DNA of 60,850 nt, filler included, from Bipalium vagum (Eukaryota): the NCBI GenBank assembly GCA_037834085.1. It is 3 parts of 3 records of this genome, joined end to end, with 100 filler letters (N's around TTAATTAATTAA, not from the genome) between each part and the next. Parts side by side here need not be neighbours in the genome. Positions count along the whole stretch, not along the records: positions 25,427 to 42,488 come from JBBMKC010080380.1; 2 more parts are not named here. One strand, written 5' to 3'. Below, piece after piece: positions 28,346 through 41,877 of the stretch. The notes beneath the pieces were generated by a model, which did not search any database, was not told the DNA's origin, and was given only the letters and a program-made list of their open reading frames with translations. The translations under genes and the position numbers were made by a program. Within the stretch, counting starts at the first letter, position 1. Every line of letters starts with the position of its first letter.

Positions 28346-29529
28346 ACTTCGTTTCTTAATTAACTTAAAATAATAATAAAGACAAAAAATTGTTAACTTC
28401 TTTGGTTGAAGCCAATAATAATAATAATATTTTTTAATAATATTTTATTTATTTTGAAATGACATTTAATGAGATTTGAAGAAAACAATTGTCGAACAGT
28501 AACATAGAGTTTACCACGAACAGCTCCAAACATTTAAATTATATAAGATTATATTTTGTCTGCTAAGAGTTTGTTCCAAATTTTGATATTAAATGAATGA
28601 TTATTCCATATTATTTAGTCTATTTTTCAAAAAAAATATATAATTTTATTTATATTTTTTATTTTGACTTATTTATATTGAAGTTATTGTATTTCTAAAT
28701 GGCCAACGCACTGCTGAGACCTGCGTCAATTCAATTTAATTTTCTTTTACCTTTGTAAATTAATTTTTTATAATTTACCTTGGAAATTAAATACATTTTC
28801 TTAGAAAGTTTTGACATTATTTCAAATGTTGAAGTGAAAAGATAATTGTTTTAACTGTCACTCTGTACTTTAATATATCCTTTGTTTAAAGGAATGAACA
28901 AAAACAGTTTGTTTATATAAAGAGGAATATTTGAATATTAAATAAAAACAGAAAAAAAGTTCTGAAGGCTCTTAATAATTTTTACAATTTATAAAAATAT
29001 TCATAATATCGAAAACAAATGATTGGCTAAAAATCAGTGAAACCCAGAATATTGATTAATTAATTAATTATAAATTAATGAAAAATAAACAAGAAACATA
29101 CAAAGCATTATTTCAAAACATGTTAAGTTGACAAGCGCTCTTCTTTTCGAAAGCATAAAATAAAAATAAATAAAATAAAAATAAATAAAATAAAAATACA
29201 ATAAAATAAAACGTTTGGAGAAATGTGGAAAAGTTATGTAGAAAATCCAATTAAATTAGTTTGAAATCCGAAATTAAATTTATTTCTGACATATTTTCAA
29301 CGGTCCTTTTTATTAAATTTGACCAAAATTATATTAGAAATATGAATTCAAAGGTTTTTTCCAAATTACGATTTTATTTATATTATTTTTCAAAGTGGTA
29401 CTTTTTTATTGATTTTTAAACAATTATTTTCTAAAAAAAATTTTTAATTTTGTACAAAAAAAATTAAAATAGAAAATTATTTTATCAAATGAATTTTATC
29501 AAATACAAACAAAGATATTTTTTCAATAT

Positions 29530-30300
29530 TTAAAGGTGTTACTTCTTTTGTCAAGTAACTTTTGATATCGTCCAAGGAGATAAGGATTTTTCCAGTAAGT
29601 GAATATTGCAATGACCTGAATAAATGGAAATCGGTGAGTGCAAGGTCTGGTTAATAGGGCGGATGGGTCAAACACTTTTCTTGTTGGTCAAAGACACATG
29701 CAGACGGGCATTATCTTGATGAAACATTACTCCTTTCCAATTCACCAGTGCTGGGTGTTTTCTTTCAAGTTGTTTGTTTAATTAGTCCAACTGCGAGCAA
29801 AATTTTTCAGAATTTATTGTCTCATTTGTTGGTAGAAGCTTATAATATAGAATTCATAGAATTCATATGGCGTGAATTTTTCTCAAGAAGCGCGGTAATT
29901 TGTTCATAAGCAGCGGTTCTCAGTCTCCCCGTGCGCTTTTGATCTTCAAGGCTAAAATCATGATCTTTAAATCTTGCAAACCCCTTTGAACAGCTCTATC
30001 AGATATTGATAATTCACCATAAACACCACATATCTTGTTTTCTGTTTTTGCGACACTCTTACCTTTCCGGTAGTAGAAGAGCATTAAAAGGCGAAAATGT
30101 ATTTTATTTGTATCCATCTTTGAATTTGTTCAATAATTTAGATCAATATTTGAACAAATACCTTTTCATTATTTAATAAAAAAGCATCTTTTACCATTCA
30201 AAATATTTATAATTATGCCATGTTTTCTATCTATCTATTATAATAAAAACTGTTATAATTATGTATATTAAAAATCGGATCGAAATTTCCGTAGAACTCA
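29530..30300 (-). mobile_element. Mariner (mellifera-like) relic
   Basis: MDTNKIHFRLLMLFYYRKGK..ICGVYGE; WKGVMFHQDNARLH; THPPY*PDLALTDFHLFRSLQYSL. Confidence 0.9.
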
Positions 30301-30509
30301 GTACATGGCATAATTTGTAATATCCTCCAATTTAATTGCATAAATCTCCACGAACTAAATTGGTAACTAAATATAGGGTTCACTGTGTAATAAAGGATTT
30401 AAGTAAAGTATTATTATTAGGATTATTATATCTTACTAGAACTGATTCTTCAATCAATATTGTCTTTTATAATCTTTTATAAATTATTTCTCCTATAATA
30501 TAATATCTA

Positions 30510-31289
30510 CAGTAAACTCTTTGAGGCTTTGGAATTTCTAGCGCCATCCTCAGTCGACCCAAGTCCAAAATGCGGAACTACACGTGGTCTGGCAATAATA
30601 ATAATAATAATAAATGAAAGAGTAATAAAAAAATGTCTGAACTTATGTTAAACAAAACAGTTGCAATGTTTTACTGTTCAAAGGAAATGATCAAACAAAT
30701 AATGGAACTAATTAAATTTTCTTAGACCTTTAGGCAATGCAAAAAGAAAATTAACGGAAACATTTCTGTGCGTAGAGAGAAATATACGCTTTTATGTGAT
30801 CCTTTGCGTTTCAATATGATAGAAAGTATCGGAAGTCCAAAAATATCTGTTCAAACTAAGACTCGCTTATTTTAGATTTATTTGTTTTAATGTTCGTTGT
30901 ACTTGTGCATATTAATTGAAGTATACATACGTGTATATATTACATATATTGAACTAAGTTAAGAATTACATATCTTTGGAAATGACAAATTTTATTCCCT
31001 GAAAAATTAAGATGGATATAAGTATAAGAAGGAAATTAATCCTTGCCATAAAAAGTAATCCGACTTGAGAATATTCAAGTTTTCGATTTTGAAAAATTTT
31101 ATTAACCGTCAACTGCTTGGCCAAGTATTATATATTAAATTATTTAAATAAAATTTAAAAAAAGATTAAGACTTTTATGTTCATTCGACGAAAAATGAAT
31201 TTTTATATATTAATCATAATTAAAAATTAAAAAATAATAAAATTAGTCTAAATAAAAATAATAGCACCAATTACTGTGAGAGTTTACCG
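30510..31289. mobile_element. Non-autonomous pogo/Tc1-type element
   Basis: TA-flanked inverted termini CAGTAAACTCT / CGGTAAACTCT (10 of 11 match), no ORF. Confidence 0.45.
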
Positions 31290-31911
31290 TAACTCAATTA
31301 ATTAATAATTTAATAATGAGCAAAATAAACAAATCAATTAATAAAATCATCATTTTGTTTTCACATTAATTATAACAAAGTAATTTTTCCTATATTAAAT
31401 AAAATCTGTAATAAATGATGGAAAAAAAGAAAAAAAATCGAAACAATTTTCAAATTAATAAAAAATATCGAATTATTATTAATTTTAAATTTTGTAATAA
31501 TAAAAATCATTGCAGGGAACACAATTTATATGTACAATGAAATCTGGTTTTCATGATTTCAATTAAATTTTTGAAAATCCTAAAAAACCTGATTTAAACA
31601 AAAGGAAAAATTGAGTGCTTAAATATTCAAAGAATTTGTGAAAGGTGAATTTATAAAAAAATATTTTAACATAAAATCCATGAAGCCAACATGTATTATT
31701 TTATATTATATTTCTTTTATGTATTAAATATGTTAAATTAAATAATTTTAAAATTAAAACTGTAAGTTAAAATTTATTTTGTAATATAAATATATAAAAC
31801 TTAATTTTTCACATTTATAATATATAATAATAATTACAATATTTAAAATTAAGTCATTATTTTTAAATAAATTTGCTTTTAATATCAAAGTAATGTTGCT
31901 GAATTTAAAAT

Positions 31912-32107
31912 NNNNNNNNNNNNNNNNNNNNNNNNNNNNNNNNNNNNNNNNNNNNNNNNNNNNNNNNNNNNNNNNNNNNNNNNNNNNNNNNNNNNNNNNN
32001 NNNNNNNNNNNNNNNNNNNNNNNNNNNNNNNNNNNNNNNNNNNNNNNNNNNNNNNNNNNNNNNNNNNNNNNNNNNNNNNNNNNNNNNNNNNNNNNNNNNN
32101 NNNNNNN
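31912..32107. other. Assembly gap, 196 N
   Basis: Run of N. Confidence 0.99.
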
Positions 32108-32244
32108 AAATGCACGTTTTAATAAACAAAAATTATTATTATATAAACCAAAAAACATTTATTATGTATATTTATCTCATTTATTATAATTATTTTATAT
32201 TATCTTTTATTTTATTCATTTTTAGTCGGAAGATAAATAAGAAA

Positions 32245-32480
32245 TATTGATGAAGAAAAATACAAAATTCGCATTGGTATATGATATGATTTTAAACAAA
32301 GAAAGACTGCTGCAGAACAATGCCGAACAATATGCAATGTGTGTTGATGATATTGTTATTAGTAATAGTTACTGCAGGAGATGGTTTCAATGATTTAAAC
32401 ACGGAAATGTAGATTGGAAAGATAATCAGTCAGAATATGTCATCAAACGTTAGATGATGAGGTTAAAATTTTAAAGATAA
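32245..32480 (+). mobile_element. Mariner N-terminal fragment
   Basis: KIRIGI*YDFKQRKTAAEQCRTICNV..CRRWFQ*FKHGNVD. Confidence 0.75.
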
Positions 32481-32776
32481 CCTACTCTACACCTTTCCGA
32501 GAAATTCAAATTAAGCCAGGTAGAAAATCCTTTATATTCATAGCAAAAAAAATCAGCTCAAAAATGGATCTCACATTAATATGTTATTGATAATATAAGC
32601 CATACCTAACGTAACATAATATTCTTCTTTTTCTTCATCAATTTTTTTCTTTAATTATAATTTTCCATTACAATTCTTATTCTTATTATTATTATTATTT
32701 TTATTTATTTTATAAATTTTTTTTATAATTCTTCAATAAAAAAATAGAACAGTTATAATGAATAAAATATTTTTAC

Positions 32777-32975
32777 CTGGGAACGAAATTGTTTCCATTA
32801 TTTCCATCAGATTGAAGTCCTGAATTCCACATTTTTATGACGATTCTTTGATTTTTAGTTCCTTCCAGATTCCACTTGCACACATCGTACTTCTGATGAT
32901 CTCTGTCCAGAAATTGCGCTATTCTGCCTTTGCTAAGGGTCCCGTTACTGTGAATATAGTACTGGCATTTATTCT
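32777..32975 (-). CDS. Exon of the same CUB-domain protein (N-terminal half of the next CUB)
   Basis: ttttcag| acceptor and |gtaaaa donor. Phase 1 matches the 35682 donor (G+AG = Glu). Reads NKCQYYIHSNGTLSKGRI..VCKWNLEGTKNQRIVIKMW. Absent from the ORF track. Confidence 0.85.
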
Positions 32976-33949
32976 CTGAAAAAATATAATACGGTAAAAC
33001 AAAAGCAAAAACAAAAGTAAAAAGATAATTGATTATTTGTTTTAATGAAAGAAAAATGAAAAATAATTTTGTTAAATGTCTGCCTCAGTCGTTTCAAAAT
33101 TAAGACGGTCAAATGTAAAAATAACGAATATAATAAAATTATTCTATAACTGGCGCCGAAGCTAATATTTTTTTGATCAACACTTGTGATTGCTTTTTAT
33201 ATGACGTCGGCGATATAGACAAGATAATATATAATCAATTTGCTGGAAAGATATATATGTACGATTTTCAAAAGGTATTTCATTATGAAAAATAATAAAT
33301 AATAATCAATAATTTGTAATATTTCTTCATAAAATTTTGTTTTAATGTTTCACTTATATCGATAACTTAAGGTCAGACTCAAAATATTTGGTTCCATTTT
33401 CTGTCGAAACCTTTGTTTGAAGACAGAAAGATATAGAACTCTAAAGAAATAAAAAATATTAACATTAGCAAAAAGGTTAATAAAATATAAAATAACTATA
33501 TATATAAATAATATTCCTAGGATTTGGTGTAGGAGTATTTTTGTTAATACCACATTTTCTTTTGTTTTATCTCGCTTTTAAGTTACTTCAAGTGTTGACA
33601 TATAATATAATATAATATATACATAAAATATGTCACTTTATATACCTAGAATTAATTGTAGTACTTTGATCAAAGGAGTAATTTGCTTTCATTAAAGAAT
33701 TTAGTCTAAGAGTAAATCGTCTATTTATATTAGGGAAAAAATATTTAAATGACTCTAACGAATAAAAAATATAGATTTTCAACAAACATTAATTAATAAT
33801 TTAATGATTATTAATCAATGAATAAAATTGATATCCACCATGATTCATTTTGAATGTTTTCCATAACCTTGATAGTTTCAACGTCATTTTGCCAATAGAT
33901 TGGTGGGAAAGTTTGTGGGATATAGAACTTGAAAAGAACAAACCAAACA

Positions 33950-34545
33950 GAAAATATACTTTTAAAGAAGAATAGTTTTTAAAATCAGTACAATGTTAAG
34001 TGTAATAAGCCGTATTTTAATCTTTTCCATTCTGCAGTTGACATTTTAGATACCAATACCTTACCTTTTGCAAAAGCAGATCCAATTGAAGTAAAGCGCT
34101 TAAGGTTCAATTTATTTTTGATGGTTTGAAAGAAAGAGTCACATGTTGATAAATTCTGTGAATACGGTCTTGTGTCATTAATTTTACATTTTTTAGAATT
34201 GGCCGTAAGAGACCCGAGTAATGAAGAATAATTTATTGATTCCAATTGTTTCCAATTTCAGATATTGTCTGTACTCAGTACACAGGAGTCTAATATTCAA
34301 AATTCGATTCTCAAAATTTATCCTTTCACATTTCATTTTAAACTGAGAAACAATCAATCATTTTCAATTACTTTAATGAAAATACCAACGGATGCGTCAA
34401 TTTCACGATGTGCTAAATGCCAATCTCTTTTAATCACTGAATGAAACCGACGTTGAACCCGAACCATGCCACATTTGTTGTAAGGCCATTTTTAAAATCA
34501 TAGTAAATCATTGAAAGAGATTTATTCTCGTGAAAGATTCCCATT
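33950..34545 (-). mobile_element. Mariner relic
   Basis: MIYYDFKNGLT N-terminus; PYSQNLSTCDSFFQTIKNKL..RFTS C-terminus. Confidence 0.7.
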
Positions 34546-35195
34546 TTATCAATTATTCCTCTTTCAAATAAATAACCATTTAAAATAAATATATTAATTT
34601 AGATTTATTAAATGATTCAAGAAATTTGATATTGAATTAATGGTCAGTTATAAAGTAATTGATTACAGAAACGTTCACAGTATAATCAATTAAAAATATA
34701 TTAAAAGAATTAAAATCAATTTAAAATTAATAAGTAGACATAAAATTTTAAGACAACGCAACATTTATTTCTAAATGTTTTGCTACCAATTTTATTTAAT
34801 TTAAAAATAAGATTAATGAAATTATATGTAAAATGTTAATTGTTTTAATAAGTTAATATTCATTAATTATTAATACAATCACATTTAAATACACCACTTT
34901 CCAAATTAGATGATTATAATAATATTTACTTTTAGGAAAATGTTAATGCCTCAAAATAATCAGACATGCTGAAGTCTCAGTAATAAAAATCATTTAAAAG
35001 AAAAGTAACAACATAAGTATTAGAAGTCAACCATTAAAAATTTGTAATAAAATTAAAAAATGATTATATTTCTAGTGATGAGGTGTGTATTATATTCGGT
35101 GCTCAAGTTAAAAGTGTATAAATATCCTGTAAATTATTATCAAAAAGCGTTATATTTAATCGATTTATATAGTTATTGTTAGTTGAAAATTATTC

Positions 35196-35266
35196 GTAGA
35201 TACCGAGATTCAAACCCCAGATCCTTCACATGTGCATGAACTGCTCTGACGGCTGAGCTACATTGC
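35196..35266 (-). mobile_element. tRNA-derived SINE head / tRNA pseudogene
   Basis: GCAATGTAGCTCAGCCGTCAGAGCA..GGGGTTTGAATCTC: Pol III A- and B-box at tRNA spacing, but stems are broken. Confidence 0.6.
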
Positions 35267-35681
35267 CCGACTAATTTTAAATTTATCTCACATCCCCATC
35301 CTTTAAGCTCACATCCAAACTATTAACCGCCCCGAGTCTCTTCAATTTCCCAGACTAATTTTTAATGTATCTCACAGTTATAATTAATCGATTGGCGGAT
35401 TAAAAATTTGTTTGATGTAAATATTAATTTTTTTATAAAATAAAAAATATTTTGCAATTCAATTTTTTTAAAAAAATAAATCCGCATTATTGATCTTATT
35501 GAAAATGTAAGCCTGTTACGAATTCATTGTATATAGGAAGAAGGAACAATCATTTGTTTAATAACTTATAACTTAGAAAGCCGGTATACATTTCATCATT
35601 ATATTAATATAATATAATAAAAGTGACATTTAATAACAGGACACTTTTGTATGCATTTTATAATTTAATTTTATAATTTAC

Positions 35682-35944
35682 CCTTTTCAAAGGCAACCGT
35701 ATGAGAGGGGAATTCCGTTGTTGAAGAAATTAGAGATATAAATTTATAGTCAAACGAAAAACTGCTTTTCACTTCACTGTTTTTTGAGTTGGAAACGAAT
35801 CTCATGGTCAAGAAATTTGATGTTGATTTGTAATAATATTTCCAGTTTCCACAGTAAATTAAATTCGGAGTTTTGGATTTTATTATCATTCGGGAAAATT
35901 CTCCATCATAAATTTCTATCCGATCCTCACCTTGTTTTTCACAA
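35682..35944 (-). CDS. Exon of a CUB-domain protein (C-terminal half of a CUB)
   Basis: ttttag| acceptor and |gtaaat donor; phase 2 to 1. Reads CEKQGEDRIEIYDG..IYCGNW..KSTSNFLTMRFVSNS..SFSFDYKF, matching the CUB consensus D.IEIYDG / YCG / S.SN.L...F.S / F...Y. Confidence 0.85.
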
Positions 35945-38153
35945 CTAAAATTAAAAGTGACATTTTATGACAATTCATATATTGTAATTTAATTAATTAA
36001 TTATCATTGGTATTATTAATTTCTTCATTGGTATTTTATTGAATGACAATATTTTGAGCTTTGAATCAGTTGGTGTACCACATATGTTTTTCGGGATTAA
36101 CTTATGATTTTTAACCAGTATAATTTGGTTCTATAAATTATATTTTTAATTATTGATTTCGGGCATAATTATCTGAAAACTTCATTTAAATAATAATTCA
36201 ACTTTTATAATTTTTTTTAGTATTTCTTTTTTAAGTGAACATAAAATAGGAAAAAATGAAACAAACGAATATAACATTTAAGGATCCGGAAAAAAAGCTG
36301 ATATCACACTCGAGATATCGTTTAGATCCTTTTTACTAGTTTTACATGTGGGTCATTTTTTAAACTATTGACTTCGTAGTGATAAATACCTTGAAATCAA
36401 TATGGAAGTATATGTTAATTTGGTCGTTTAAATGGGTACTAAGCAAGATTCTTAAAACCGAACGACATTATATCGACCATGTTTTGGAATATTCTAAAAA
36501 AAAATCTAATTTCGAAATCAGCTTCAAAATATATGAAACCATATACCTAAAGTTGAAATAAAATATCTATGAATATTATTCCAAGAAGAATTTAAGATTG
36601 TGTCGTAAGACCAGGTCACATGACTTGCGATTAAATTCTCTACATGGTTACCATGTAAATATATTTATTTCATGCAATTTGATCAAATTTATTGGATAAT
36701 TTTATGTGTTCAATTTTAATATTTTTAGAAAAGGATTTTTATTTTGAAATGAATGCATGACACATTTAATTCATTTTTGTTATGATACCAGCATATTTTA
36801 ATACAAATATTGTTTTAATTAATTAAAGTGGTCAACATTTTCCACATATTTTTCTTATATAAAGTCAAGATCGACTTGAGATATTTTTTGTAAAAAATCC
36901 GATCAAAGAAGCAACTATTTAACCTTGAGGGAAGTAATTGAGTAAAAATTAGAAATACATGGTTACAAGTAGATCTCTTATTGCAAACAATGAGATTGAT
37001 TTTCAGGTAGGGTAGCATCTTATAAAACAGCACTTTAAAAAGAAAAAAATTCGAAATCTGTTTTACATTCCTAGGTATATTTTTTCGTACTGAAAGATCA
37101 TTATTTGAAAGAGATAACAGATTTATTTTACATCGGAAAGATGATGTAACTTTTTAAGATGAAAAGCCATATAGTACTGATCACATAATTAATAGAGATC
37201 AAAAAATTTGAGAGGGAGAAGACTCATAAAACTACAGTACACTTTATCTAGTGATAAGTAAGGAAAGTAATTTTTTTGTAAATAATAATAGTAATAATAT
37301 AATAATAATAATTAAAATATTTTAATAAATAATTAAAATAGTCAAAATAATTTTGGAACATTTTTATTAATCGTACATTATTAAAACAAAATTTATGTGA
37401 AAATTAATTAATTTTTTTATTTAATCTTTCATCATATAATTCTTAGCGAATAATTTAGTTAGTGCTTAGTAAAAATATTGACATAATTGAATAACATTAC
37501 GACTAACAGAATTATTCCCAATTATGTTTCGTCAGCAATCGACTAAATTACTAATTGTGAAATGAAATAAAATTATATTTATTAATATATTAAATTGTTT
37601 CATCTTCTTCATGTTTAAATTAAAAAGTCTCCTCATATATCGAAAATGAGATTAATATTTTATATTTTATTATTCAAAAAATAAAACAAAACAAATTGTC
37701 TGCTTGCAGAAGTTTTTTAAAATAAAATAAAAATTGATCATTTTTTCCATTTTCTTTATATTTTCACTCATTTAAAAGTAATTTTAATTAGCATAATTTC
37801 TTTTCTGATGATTTCAAAAAATAAAACTATAATAAATATAATTTATATATTATATATCATTTTAAAATACTATGCAATAATTATAAAAATTGCAATAATT
37901 ACAAATTAAACTTTTGTTTAAATAAACAATATTTTTTCAAAATTTTATAATTTATAATTATTTTAAAATTATTATCAAAATGAAAAATATTTTTTTTATT
38001 TATGAAAAATACAATGTTTATATTTTTTATTTTTTCTAATAAAAATAAAAATGGAGAACAATAAATAATTTTATGAAAAATTTAAGATTCGATAATTCCT
38101 GTATTTGTTTTGGTATACAAATAGAATTAATCATTTTTCTTTTTATAAATGAC

Positions 38154-38318
38154 TTGTCTGGATGAGATTTTATCTTTAATTTTGTAGAAATTATATGTGG
38201 GAGTCTGAAATACACGGGGAAAAGACAAACAGGAGAAATGTAACTTATTAGGAGAAATATTTATATTTGATCATGTCCATGATGTATTACGCTCACCTTT
38301 CACTATTCTCAATCATTC
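38154..38318 (-). CDS. Two small exons (38318-38297, 22 nt; 38204-38154, 51 nt), probably upstream part of the CUB gene
   Basis: Strong |gtgagc donor and ttttccccgtgtatttcag| acceptor. Splices in frame as MIENSERLPHIISTKLKIKSHPD-N-CEKQGED into the 35944 exon. The second donor (gtcatt) is weak. Confidence 0.5.
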
Positions 38319-38745
38319 CTGTTTAATGTAATAAATTATTGAATATATATATTAAATAAAATAGTAAGTCTTTGAATGATTAATGAAACCTTTACCAAAG
38401 AGCATAATTTAAAAGAAAAAAATAGTACTGACAATTAATTAAAATTAATTATTTTTATTTCACAATCATACGAAAAATATTTTTAATGAATTTACGCTGA
38501 GAGTGTGGTATTGGTGTTTTTGTTTCTCTCTAATTAATTACATTTTGATAATTCTTTAAAGAAGATTAAGAAAAATTATCCAATTAAATTAGTTTTAAAT
38601 TTAATTTAAAATTAAAATATTATAAATGATTTTTAATAATTTATTTAATTAAATAATTATTTTAAAAAGGTAAAAGATTCAATGATATATGTAATCAGAT
38701 ATTCGTTTTTTAATCTATTCTATAGAAATTTTTTTTAAAAAAATA

Positions 38746-38792
<47 letters not shown>
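38746..38792. repeat. (AAT)n microsatellite
   Basis: Perfect AAT array. Confidence 0.95.
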
Positions 38793-38794
<2 letters not shown>

Positions 38795-40559
38795 TTTAAA
38801 AATAATAATTTATTTATAAAAAAATTTAAAATTTAAATATTAAAGAAAGATAAATTGATAAAAACAATTTTTTATATTAATATAATTATAAATATTTTAA
38901 ATATCATTTAATAATTGATATTTAGTGACTGAAATCAATGAAATTTTTTTTCAACAAAATGCATTCAAACAATCAATTTACTAATGGAAGTAGAAAAGAC
39001 AAAATGATATTTTATTAAATACCGAATTATAGGTAAATATAATCTAATAAAGATGTCATTGATAAAAGAAAATTGTGGAAAAAACAGACAGATAAGAAAA
39101 TCAAAGAAAATCTACAGCGTAATTAAATGAAATATCAGTGTTTAAGAAAAATTCTTTCACAATATATTCTGTAACAATGACATGAAAAAAAAAGGTCAAT
39201 TTATTTAAACAGTGATTATTTTATATATTGGTGGGTTGGAAAGTTATAAAAGTAGCTCATATAAAGCAGTGTAAGAATAAATATTTTTATCATTTTTCAA
39301 TATATCATATTTTAATGTGACACGTTTGAAATTTTGTTCAATTAAATTTTGTATTATAAATGACTTTTATTATTACGATTCTGCTTCTACATTTCCTGTA
39401 GCTCACCGATAGGGTTTGAAATTCAAACGTGGTCGAATAAGCATATAAAATGATAAACGCAGTGGACCAACTATAAATACCTTAACACTAAGAATATTTA
39501 CAAAAGCCCCTTTTAACATTTTAGAAATTGTCTTTTTATATAATTGATATTTCGTGACATTTTTACACATTCTTAATTTTTGGTTATTTTTGTATATCGA
39601 AAAGTTTTTATCATGATTTTATCATGAACACCGAAATAATTCTAATTTCTTAGAGCCAAACTTTGAGCAATACAGTGCGTTTCAAAAGTTTGTACTCTTT
39701 AAATGCTTACATCATTTTGTAATCTTTCTCATAGTATAAAAATATTTACTTAATTTTGATCATTTGGTTTAAATCTTATCATTCTGATAAGTATACACAA
39801 TGCCGCCCCTATGGTTTGAGCCACTCCTATTATTTCTAACAAATGATTGAAATATCTAACTATAAAAACTTTGACTTCAGTCTTTATTTAACTATATCAG
39901 ATAATATATTGAATTACATGCTTCCAATCAAATATTTCCAAATTGACATTCTTAAAAATGTAGAAAACCAATTTCGTAGTAATAACCCAACCATATTTAA
40001 CAAAAAAGTTTTAAAATAATAGAAAAATATAATGTAGTATAATTTTTACTTAATAAGCAAATGAAAACTTTAAAATATATTATATATTTAAATATTATGA
40101 AAATTAATAAAGCTATTTAATAAAAATGTAATTGAACAGTTATACAATAATCAATTGTAATAATCATTCTCTGAAATATAAAGCTAACGTCAGCATGTAT
40201 CTAAATTAAAATCATAAAACGTTTAATTTGATTCACAATCTTATATCATATGTATTTTCACGTGATGACTCAAAACATATGGACGGCATTTTAATTCTTT
40301 TTGCAGAGAAATCTATCAGAATATGGAATAATCATAGAATAAAGAAGGAAATATTCGATTGTAGTTGATAAAATTTTATTCAGCTCATATAATCTCAAAA
40401 ACGTCTTGATGCCAGTTACAGTTCATATTAAAAAAATCAATACACTTGTTCAAACTAATTCTTATTTAAAAACACAACAGTTTCCACGCTTTTAAAATCA
40501 ATTGAATTGATAAATTGATGTAATATTAAATAAATAATCAGAAAAAACAGTTGAAACGG

Positions 40560-40952
40560 TTTTCTGGTCATATTTCATTGCTTCGAAAAAGATGGAAGAG
40601 AATTACTTTAACGAATTGTTTCAGAAGTCGAAAAGTGGATCATATACAGTTATAAAATCAAAGGAACATTGGGAAATGAAATATATGATTCGGGTAATCT
40701 CCCAAAAAGTAGAATTAAACCAAAAAGAAACAATGTGCTTAGTGTGTAGTGGTCTAATATCTTTCAACATGAATTGCCATCAAGCAACTAAAATAATAAT
40801 AAATAAAATAATTAAGACTGATAAATAAATGTATGGCTCTTGATCCTGAGATTAAAGAAAATTCGTGATTATTCTTGTTTTTCTATTTTTTATTTTTTTT
40901 GTAGTTTTCTTACTTATTATGGTGGCGAACTACATTTTTTGAAGGACCACTG
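40560..40952 (+). mobile_element. hAT (Buster/SPIN-like) relic
   Basis: EHWEMKY..TMCLVCSGLIS Zn-finger-like fragment; 3' end ..GGACCACTG (CAGTGGTCC TIR). Confidence 0.45.
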
Positions 40953-41736
40953 AGACACAGATATATTACTATCATCCGAGATGATTTTCTCCTTTATTTG
41001 ATAGTAAATTATTTGGGGTTATTGTATGACAGTTAAGTTAATCATTCTTAAATTTGGAAAAATAAAAACAATTTGTAAATATAATCACAAATGGAATTAA
41101 AATTCTTTTTACCTCATTTTCTTACCTCTGTCACCTTCTAAACGTTAAGTTCTCATTTGTTTAATTCCTAAATTCACAATTGTTTACTTTTAAATTGAGA
41201 AAAATATTAGGGTCATCCTAATCCTTTGAAAAAAAATATTTTATTTAGCTCAACGAAAGCAATTATACTTTATATGTTGTAACATTTTGTAGGATTTAAT
41301 GTTACTGTTTATTCTATTCTTAGGAGGTTGAATGAAACTAATTATTCCTACTAAAACCTGATCAAGAACTCTGATCTGATAATTAATAATTCTACCAATA
41401 TTCTCTTTATCCTTATCACCACTTCGTAATTTCTATTTTTATCTATTTTCAATATTATCTTTAATCTTCTTATTTTGTGCATGAAGAACGTTTTCCTTGT
41501 TTTAATTATAATTTTCAAAAAAAGAAATCTATTACTACGAAAAGTCGGAAAAATAAACGGGAAATCATCAAAAAATTCTCATTATAAAATAGAAAAAAAA
41601 TCACGATAATAATTGAAAAAAAGAAATAATTATAAATAAAAAAAAGATAAAAAATCTTCTCCTCCGTTCCTATGACCTGTTGAATAGAAATTTTTCAATA
41701 AAAAATAGGAATATTTTTCTTCTTTATCCCTTAAAG

Positions 41737-41877
41737 CCAGCCATATTCTCCGAACGATCGTCGAATGGGTTCTCTCTTTCGTTTGATTAAGAATCTTTTT
41801 GGCAAAGGGGAAGATTATCCCAAAATGAAATTACAAATAATTCGCAGTCACGGATCTGATAACAAATTCTGTAATAG
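41737..41877 (+). CDS. Possible internal exon of an unidentified gene
   Basis: Pyrimidine-rich acceptor, AG|gtaaat donor, and open phase 2-2 frame QPYSPNDRRMGSLFRLIKNLFGKGEDYPKMKLQIIRSHGSDNKFCN. GC-richer than flanks. Confidence 0.4.

Noticed and set aside
31754-32189. ORFs spanning the 196-N gap
   Set aside because: Artefacts of translating N.
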